Source: a bacterium DOLZORAL124_64_63
GTDB lineage: Bacteria > Krumholzibacteriota > Krumholzibacteriia > LZORAL124-64-63
DNA: 52,981 nt
NCBI GenBank assembly: GCA_002747875.1
Contig: PDQT01000295.1
Location: 1-52,981 of the forward strand
Direction: 5' to 3'
Under the pieces are notes generated by a model, which did no database searches, was not told where the DNA came from, and worked only from the letters and a program-made list of their open reading frames with translations. A program made the position numbers and the translations under genes. Of this stretch, positions 8,972 through 16,600 are shown one piece after another (position 1 is the stretch's first letter; each line of letters begins with the position of its first letter).

Positions 8972-10924
8972 ATGTTTTGTCATATTGATCGCCAATGGTC
9001 GCCGCTGCCGCTGATGGTCGCGGCTCTGGTTATGGTCGGGATCGGCTCGGCCGAGGCCCGTACCCGGCCCAACGTGGAAGGGCGCTTGGTGCAGGACGTG
9101 CTCCACGGTTCCTTCCCCGGCATGGCCGATGTGGCCGTGGACCGGTCAGCGCCCGCCCCTCTGCCGGACGGGGCGCATCTTCTGGGCGAGACCTACTACG
9201 ATCTCCAGGACATGGGTTCGCTGGGCTCGCGGATCGTCTGGGCGCCGGACGGTACCCTCCACGTGGTTTTCATGGAGGATTTCTGTGAAGAAGACCCCGT
9301 CGTGGGTTGCCCCCCGGACCTGAGCCTGCCCAATCCCTACCCCATGCGGGGCATGGCCCTGTACACGCGGGACACGGACGGAGTCTGGAGCGATGCCCGG
9401 CGGGCCGCCGACCCCTCGATCCGGGATTGCTGCGTGACCGAGATCTTCGGGGGCTTCGGCACCCTGGGCCTGACGAACGACGGCCGCGCCATGGTGGCCC
9501 AGCACATGAACGAGGACGGCTGCGACCTGCGCGGCGATCTCTACATCCAGAAAACCCAGGGCAGTACGGAGTTCGACGCTTATCTGGGCGAGATCACCCC
9601 CGACAGCTATCTCTTCCCCCAGGTGACGGCCAACCCGGACGGCTCCTACACCCTGTTCGGTGAGATCGCGGAATACGGCTCCTACAACGAGGTGGATCAC
9701 TTCCGTCTGGCTTATCTACCCGCCGAGGGCGAGGAATTCGTCTGCCCCACCGGCTGGCAGTTCAGCTCCTGGAAGTCCGTGGAGTCCGCGGTGCCGCGCT
9801 CCCTGTTCCAGGACGGCACGCCCGCCTTCCCGTCCATGGCCGGCGCCGAGGACGGCCGGGTCGGTGTGGCCTTCGGCGATTTCGGCGGCAATGTTTTCCT
9901 GCTGGAATCGTCCGACGGCACCTTCGAACCCAACACCCTGACCCTGACGGAAATCACGTCCTACCAGGAGAGCGACATCGTCAGTGGGGACGAGACGTCC
10001 CAGGAATACCGCTCCTACGTCAACTGCGACCTGGCCTACAACGGGAATGAAGCCCACGTGGTCTGGTCCGAGATGCAGGCCCGCAACGAAGGCGGCACCA
10101 TCTACTTCTATGACTACCGCAGCCGGATCATGCACTGGAGCCCGAGCAGCGGGATTTCGGTGGTGCGTCAGGTCCAGCCCGGCGAGGCGGACCAGTTCGC
10201 CAACCTGGATGGGGACCTGCCCGGTCCCATGGCGGGCTTCAACCACATCTCCGTCAGCTGGCCCCAGGTGGGATTCAACGAGTCGGGCACCCAGACCATC
10301 GTGGCCTGGCTGCGCTTCGTGGATGCCGAAGTGGATCCCTCGGCGGACGGGGGTTCGCCGGGCATCGTCACCGGTGTGGGTTACGGGGACATCGTGGGCA
10401 GTGTCTCCAGCGACGGGATGAGTTGGTCGGAACAGCAGAACTTCACCCAGACGCCTACCACGGATGAGCGCTTCTTCTCGCTGGCCGACATCAACCCTGA
10501 AGGCAAGGTCCTGCTGGCCTTCCAGGCTTCGGCCACGGATCAGGCCGGGTGCGCCGCCATCGGCGACCGGGGGGCGACCCCGGGCAACCTGGTGCGGAAC
10601 CTGGCGTTCCTGGAGCGGGATCTGGACAGCTCCGTGGCCGCGGCCCCGGGTATGGCCTTGAACGGACCTCGGCTGGCGGTGTCGCCCAATCCGTCCGGCG
10701 GGTCCATGCGTTTCGCCCTTACGGGGGCGGAGGATCAGACTCTTGGCCATGTCGCCATCTATTCGGTGCGCGGCGTGCTGGTGTCTGAATTCGACCTGAG
10801 AGGAGGATATGCCACCTGGAATATGCTTAATGCTCTCGGAGAACCCGTTCCGGCGGGTGTTTATTTCGCCAAGGTCCGGTCCCCGCAGGGAACCGCGACC
10901 CGAAAAATCGTCGTTGTTCGTTAA
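8972..10924 (+). CDS. secreted hypothetical protein with a T9SS-type (Por / FlgD-Ig-like) C-terminal sorting domain
   Basis: GGAGA RBS before the ATG at 8972 and signal-like LPLMVAALVMVGIGSAEA. The C-terminal approximately 80 aa read LAVSPNPSGGSMRFAL ... VAIYSVRGVLV ... AGVYFAKVRSPQGTATRKIVVVR, typical of T9SS CTDs. The body is unassigned, possibly beta-propeller-like. Confidence 0.65.
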   Translation: MFCHIDRQWSPLPLMVAALVMVGIGSAEARTRPNVEGRLVQDVLHGSFPGMADVAVDRSAPAPLPDGAHLLGETYYDLQDMGSLGSRIVWAPDGTLHVVFMEDFCEEDPVVGCPPDLSLPNPYPMRGMALYTRDTDGVWSDARRAADPSIRDCCVTEIFGGFGTLGLTNDGRAMVAQHMNEDGCDLRGDLYIQKTQGSTEFDAYLGEITPDSYLFPQVTANPDGSYTLFGEIAEYGSYNEVDHFRLAYLPAEGEEFVCPTGWQFSSWKSVESAVPRSLFQDGTPAFPSMAGAEDGRVGVAFGDFGGNVFLLESSDGTFEPNTLTLTEITSYQESDIVSGDETSQEYRSYVNCDLAYNGNEAHVVWSEMQARNEGGTIYFYDYRSRIMHWSPSSGISVVRQVQPGEADQFANLDGDLPGPMAGFNHISVSWPQVGFNESGTQTIVAWLRFVDAEVDPSADGGSPGIVTGVGYGDIVGSVSSDGMSWSEQQNFTQTPTTDERFFSLADINPEGKVLLAFQASATDQAGCAAIGDRGATPGNLVRNLAFLERDLDSSVAAAPGMALNGPRLAVSPNPSGGSMRFALTGAEDQTLGHVAIYSVRGVLVSEFDLRGGYATWNMLNALGEPVPAGVYFAKVRSPQGTATRKIVVVR

Positions 10925-10975
10925 AACGGGTTCGGCCGGAGACCGGCCGTGCCTTTGACCATTGGGAGGTCAACC

Positions 10976-11728
10976 ATGAAATCGCAACTCTCGAAAATTC
11001 TTCTGATCGCCATGCTCACTCTTGGTGTCGCCAGCTACGCTGCCGCTCAAGCCACCATTCAGGAAACCGTTCCCGGTGGGGAATTGGAACTGGAATGGGT
11101 CAGCGGCTTCGGTGTGCCTCTGCTCCTGACCGGGGAAACCCTGGAATCCGGCGATGTCGGCTACGACAACCCCTCCGGCGACCACACCGTTCTCGTGCTG
11201 GAAAACAACCCTCCCATGATGGGCGGGCTGGGCATGGCCATGACCAACCCCGGTGACACCAGCGACTACGTCTGGGAAGGCTGGGTCAACACCGGTGACG
11301 CTTCCACCCGGCGGGGCCTGCTGTTCCGGGGGAACCCCGAGATCCAGTTCACCACGTCCTACCAGTTCGTTCTGGAGCCCGGCCTGCTGCAGCTGAAGTT
11401 CCGCAAGATGACGGGCCATCGTTCCCAGGACATCGTTGCTTGGTACACCTCGGATACCCCCAGCGGCATGCCCGGCGAGAACGAGTGGCATCACCTCAAG
11501 GTCGAGGCTCGCGGCTCCAACTTCCGCTTCTGGTACGACGACTACGAGCTGACCCAGGGCACCCCGGTGGAAGACACCGATCTGCTGTCCGGCTGGGTTG
11601 GCATTCTCAACTTCCGCTATAACTTGGGCGGCGTCCAGGTCCTCTTCGACGACCTGATGATGACCGATCTCGGCGTCGTGGCCACCACGAACGAGTCCTG
11701 GGGCAGCGTCAAGAGCCTGTACCGCTAA
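10976..11728 (+). CDS. secreted LamG/ConA-like (DUF1080-like) protein
   Basis: GGGAGG RBS and signal peptide MKSQLSKILLIAMLTLGVASYAAAQA. ENEWHHLKVEARGSNFRFWYDDYEL resembles the DUF1080/LamG core. Ends in WGSVKSLYR. Confidence 0.5.
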   Translation: MKSQLSKILLIAMLTLGVASYAAAQATIQETVPGGELELEWVSGFGVPLLLTGETLESGDVGYDNPSGDHTVLVLENNPPMMGGLGMAMTNPGDTSDYVWEGWVNTGDASTRRGLLFRGNPEIQFTTSYQFVLEPGLLQLKFRKMTGHRSQDIVAWYTSDTPSGMPGENEWHHLKVEARGSNFRFWYDDYELTQGTPVEDTDLLSGWVGILNFRYNLGGVQVLFDDLMMTDLGVVATTNESWGSVKSLYR

Positions 11729-11828
11729 TTTTCCATACCGGACACGGGGACGGCCCATCAGCGGGCCGTCCCCGGATTCCTTTTCGTCCCCGCCGTCGCG
11801 CGGGGGATGATGGTTCCACGGGAGTACC

Positions 11829-12572
11829 ATGTTTGCTTTGCCGCAGATCCTGTCTAGCGTCGGATCTATTTTTCGTGACCACCCGGCGGGGGTTTTCGCC
11901 CTGGCTCTGGGCGTTCTGGTCCTTTTGCAATCCGCCTTCGCCCTGGGTCGGGCGCGGGTGGTCATCGGTTTGCCCCTGGTCTGGGGGTTGCTGGTCCTGG
12001 CGGGATTCCTGCTGAACCCCTTCGCGGACGCCACCACCTTGCCGGATCTGCAGGCCAAGCTGATGAGTTTCGAGACCCTGACCATGATCTGCGTGTGGCA
12101 GTTGGTGCTGGCCTGCCTGAGCCTGTGGCTGGGTTTGAATTTGACCGGGCCGGGGGCGGGCAAGCGCTCTCTGGGCCTCTTTGTCGTCCACGTGATACCC
12201 GCTCCCCTGATCCTGGTGGCGATGCTGCTGGTGGAACAGTCCATGCTGACAGGATCGGTGGGGGCGGATCCGGAAATGGTCGGTTTCCAGGTGGGGTTCT
12301 TCACCGGAACGCTGCTGCTGTTGCTGACCCTGCCGGCGCTGCGCTGGCGGCGCGTCGCCAATTTCATCCCGCATAGCTTGCTTTCGGTGACTCTTGCCCT
12401 GGCGTGCATGCTGGTGCCCGGCTTGCAGGATCCCGCGCCGGCCACTCAGGCGGCCACCGATTTCGACACCTTGATCCCGTTGGGGATGGTGCTCCTGGGA
12501 GCCGCCCTGGTGGGGGCTCTGGGCTGGTGGCGCGCGCCGCGCACCCTTATCGATTCCCACGAAAAACTCTGA
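11829..12572 (+). CDS. polytopic integral membrane protein, unassigned
   Basis: About six hydrophobic segments, e.g. GVFALALGVLVLLQSAFALG, VIGLPLVWGLLVLAGFLL and VIPAPLILVAMLLV. Its stop is 14 nt before the next gene start, in the same operon. Confidence 0.55.
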   Translation: MFALPQILSSVGSIFRDHPAGVFALALGVLVLLQSAFALGRARVVIGLPLVWGLLVLAGFLLNPFADATTLPDLQAKLMSFETLTMICVWQLVLACLSLWLGLNLTGPGAGKRSLGLFVVHVIPAPLILVAMLLVEQSMLTGSVGADPEMVGFQVGFFTGTLLLLLTLPALRWRRVANFIPHSLLSVTLALACMLVPGLQDPAPATQAATDFDTLIPLGMVLLGAALVGALGWWRAPRTLIDSHEKL

Positions 12573-12586
12573 GGAGGATGTCCACC

Positions 12587-13258
12587 ATGGGCACTTTAAG
12601 CCATATATTTTCCATCATTTCCACCAGTCTGATGATCCCGGTGATGCTGGGGCTGCTCATCTGCCTGCTGCGCGCCATGATCGTGGCGGGCCAGACCCTG
12701 CGGGAACACATGGTGCGCCGCGGAACCGAAGAGGCCCTGGCGGAGTATTCCACCGCTTTGGAAACAGAAGACGCCGCGCTGCCCGAGCTGAAAGGGCAAG
12801 GACTGGTGACCGCCACCCTGCGGAGCCTTGCGGACCTGACCTCCCGGGACGAGGTCCTGGTGGAGCAGCGTCTGCAGAAGACGGAACTGGTCTGGCAGAG
12901 CGAACTGGAGAAGTTGCGGGTGCTGATGCGCTTCGGTCCTGCTCTGGGGCTGATGGGCACCCTGATTCCCCTGGGCCCGGCCCTGGTGGGGCTGGCCGCG
13001 GGCAACCTGGAAATGATGTCCAGCAATCTGGTCATCGCCTTCGCCACCACGGTGGTGGGGCTGCTGATCTCCACGCTGTCGCTGGGCCTGCTGAGCCTGA
13101 AGAAGGCCTGGTACCAGAAAGATTCCCTGCTGATCAGTTTCGCGGCCACCCGGCTGGCGGAGCGTCAGGCCGCCGGGCTGCGGGCGGTTCAGGACAAAGG
13201 GCTTTTGGCGGCCGCGGCTTCCGCCGGCGGTGCCTGCACCCAGGGGGATGACTCATGA
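12587..13258 (+). CDS. MotA/TolQ/ExbB-family proton-channel protein
   Basis: RFGPALGLMGTLIPLGPALVGLAAGN ... NLVIAFATTVVGLLIS matches the ExbB/TolQ signature (LGLLGT ... AL.TT..GL). GGAGG RBS 8 nt upstream of the ATG at 12587. Confidence 0.75.
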   Translation: MGTLSHIFSIISTSLMIPVMLGLLICLLRAMIVAGQTLREHMVRRGTEEALAEYSTALETEDAALPELKGQGLVTATLRSLADLTSRDEVLVEQRLQKTELVWQSELEKLRVLMRFGPALGLMGTLIPLGPALVGLAAGNLEMMSSNLVIAFATTVVGLLISTLSLGLLSLKKAWYQKDSLLISFAATRLAERQAAGLRAVQDKGLLAAAASAGGACTQGDDS

Positions 13259-13608
13259 GCTTCCAGCCCGGTCTGCGCCGCATGCGCTCCGCGCAGCTTT
13301 TCGATGAGGGCGAAGAGAGCGATCCCTTGGCCGGCTTGGCCAACCTCTTCGACCTGGCCATGGTCTTTGCCGTGGCCCTGATGGTGGCTCTGGTTTCCTT
13401 CCTGCGGGTTCCGGCCCTGTTGCAGGACAAGGACTATACGGTGATCACGAATCCCGGCCAGGAAGACATGGAGATCGTCGTCAAAGAAGGTCAGGAGATC
13501 AAACACTACGAGGCCACCTCCGAGACCGGAGTAGGCCAGGGCGAACTGTTGGGGCAAGCCTACCGCTTGCCCGATGGTCGCGTCGTTTACGTTCCCTCAG
13601 AGGAGTAA
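13255..13608 (+). CDS. small single-TM protein, ExbD/TolR-like topology (resembles the DUF2149 family)
   Basis: ATGA start/stop overlap with the ExbB-like gene. DPLAGLANLFDLAMVFAVALMVALV is followed by a soluble domain. This family co-occurs with CobN-like and ExbB-like genes in hmu-type loci, as I recall. Confidence 0.55.
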   Translation: MSFQPGLRRMRSAQLFDEGEESDPLAGLANLFDLAMVFAVALMVALVSFLRVPALLQDKDYTVITNPGQEDMEIVVKEGQEIKHYEATSETGVGQGELLGQAYRLPDGRVVYVPSEE

Positions 13609-13615
13609 TCCCATA

Positions 13616-16600
13616 ATGTCCGCTGGTACCCGGAAATTGACCGCTGTTCTCGCTGTGTTGGCCCTTTGCGTGGTGGCCGGCTTGTTGATTTACAACACCA
13701 CTCTGCGCAAGGTCCGTCTGGCCTTCGTCGGTTTTCCCGACACGCAATGGGCCAACTTCGAAGAGGTGGGGCTGGACACGCCCTACTCCCTGCACAAGCT
13801 GGATCGGGAAGATCTGGGCGACCTGCGGCTGGAGAAATACCACGCCACCCTGATCTGGGGCATGGGCTTCAACCCGGATCCTTACCAGAAGGCCAATCTG
13901 GAACGGTCGATGCGCAAGGGAGCCAACCTGGTGATGGTCATGGCCACCAGCAAGGACGTCCTGGATATGGCCAACACCGGGCAGGAACGCCAGGACATGG
14001 TGGCGGAGTATCTGAAGCACGGGGGCCACGACAACCTGCACGCCATGATGGATTACCTGGCCCATGAGTTGGCCGGGCGCCGCGCCAAGCCCGCCCCGGT
14101 GGTGGAAAAACCGGAGTCGGGTTTCTTCCATCTGGGGGATGCCATGTTCGCTTCCCTGGAAGAGTATGAAGCCTATCTGGATGAAATCAGGCCGAACCTG
14201 CGGGCGGATGCGCCCAAGCTGGCCCTCGTGGGGGCGTTCGTGAACCCGGGCAACCGTTTCGAGCGGGTGCACGCGGACCGGCTGATCCAGGAATTCGAGA
14301 AACGCGGCGTGCGGGTGTATCCCGTCTTCGGCTTCCGGGAGTCGCCGGAGCTGCTCAAGGAGGCCAACCCGGACCTGGCCCTGGTCATGCCCCATGGCCG
14401 CCTGGCGGAGAACAACCAGGTGCCCGAGATGCTGGCGGAAATGAACATTCCCTGCATCGGCGCGTTGAGCCTGCTGGCGGACCGGGAAACCTGGCTGGGC
14501 GATCCCCAAGGTCTGGCCGGCGGTTTCCTGAGCCAGTCCATCACCATGCCGGAGCTGGACGGGGTCATCGAGCCGGTGGTCATCGCCTCGCGGGATATGA
14601 ACGAGCGCGGCTTGCAGGTGCCCACGGTGATCGAAGACCGGCTGGAGCGCCTGACGGCCCGCACCATGAACTGGCTGGAACTGCGCCACAAGCCCAACGC
14701 GGAAAAGAAAGTGGTCATCGTCTACTACAAATCCCCGGGCATGGCGGCGGTGGCCGCGGCGGGGCTGGAGACGGCGCCTTCGCTGTGGAATCTGCTGAAG
14801 CATCTGCAGGATGAGGGCTATGACCTGGGCGGGCAGCTGCCCGCAGACGCGGACGCCCTGTATGACCTGATTCAGACCCGGGGCAAGACCCTGGGCCAGT
14901 GGGCCATCGGCGCCTTCGAGACCTTCCTGGAGGAAGCGGATCCGGAGCTGATTCCCGCCCAGACCTACGCGCGCTGGTTCCAGGACGCGTTGTCCCCGGC
15001 CCGTCAGAAGGAAACCCTCGATCTGTGGGGCGCCATTCCCGGCGACCGCATGGTCACCACGGTGGACGAGGAACCCTACCTGGTGGTCAGCCGCATCCAG
15101 CTGGGCAACGTGGTGATCATGCCGCAGCCCACCGTCGGAACGGGCGATGACGACGAAGACGAAATCGCCACCATCCACGGCACGGACCAGGCTGCGCCCC
15201 ATTTCTACCTGGGGGCCTACCTCTGGGCGCGGAACGGTTTCGGGGCCGACGCCATCGTCCACTTCGGGACCCACGGTTCCCTGGAATTCACCTACGGCAA
15301 AAGCGCCTGCATGAGCCGGGACTGCTGGCCGGATATCCTGATTGGCGATGTGCCCCACATCTACCCCTACATCATCAACAACGTGGGTGAGGCGCTGGTG
15401 GCCAAGCGGCGCTCTTACGGCGTGACGGTGTCGCACCTGACGCCCCCCTTCACGGAGTCCGGCATTTACGGGGATCTGGTGATGCTCCAGGAGAAGCTGC
15501 ACACCTTCAACACGGAAACCGATCCCATGCTCAAGCTGGAGACCCGGCGCACGCTGAGCCGTCTCGTGCACGAGTACGACATGGCCCGCGATCTGAACCT
15601 GCCGCCGGAGGCGGGCACGGATCGGCTGCTGACGGACGACGAGCTGAGTAGGCTGACCAACCTGATCCACGAGCTGGAAGCCGCCACCATCACCGATGGT
15701 CTGCATGTGCTGGGGCGGCCTTTCACCGAGGAGCAGATCCTGTCCACGGTGACCCTCATGTTGGGGGAACCGGGTTATAAGAGGCTGCGGGCGGTCACGG
15801 GTCGTCCCGATGATCCCGCGGTGCAGGATGGGGCGCGGGACCTGGCCCGGAGCCTGGTCACCGGAGTGCTGGCGGGAGACATCCAGGCGGAGCAGTTCTT
15901 CTCCGCCGATGAGCTGGCCGTCCTGCGGGATCCCCACTGGGGAGAGGACCCGAACCGCGCCGCCCAATTGGCCGCTTTGAAGGCCGAGGCCAAGGAGGCG
16001 GGTCTGCCGCACGACGTTCTCTGTGGTTGCCCCGGCTGCATCGGTTGGGTGGCGTCCCATGAGGAACTGGCGCAGCGCATCATCGCCGCCTCGGAAGAGG
16101 GGACGGCGGAGGTCGCGGAGGCGGACGATCATGGGGATGGACATGAGCACGGGCACGCCGCTGAGCAGGTGACCTTGGAGTCTTTGAAGGCCGAAGCCAA
16201 GGAGGCGGGTCTGCCGCACGATGTTCGCTGTGGCTGTTCTCGCTGTGCCGGTTGGGTGGCTACGCACAAGGAACTGGCCACTCGCATCACCGAGGCCACG
16301 AACCATAAGGCCGCGGCTGCTCACGGGCAGGGCCATGGGCAGCAGCAGGTTGCCGAGCACGTGTCTTTGGAATCTTTGAAGGCCGAGGCGAAGGCCTCCG
16401 GCCTGCCGCATGACGTTCTCTGTGGCTGTTCTGACTGTATTGACTGGGTGGCTACGCATAGGGATCAGGCTGCCCGTATCATCGCGGCCACGAATCGGAA
16501 GGCCGCGGAAGATCTCGGGCAGGTCCATGAACAGCAGCAGGTTGCCGAGCACGTGTCTTTGGAATCTTTGAAGGCCGAAGCGAAAGCCGCGGGCTTGCCG

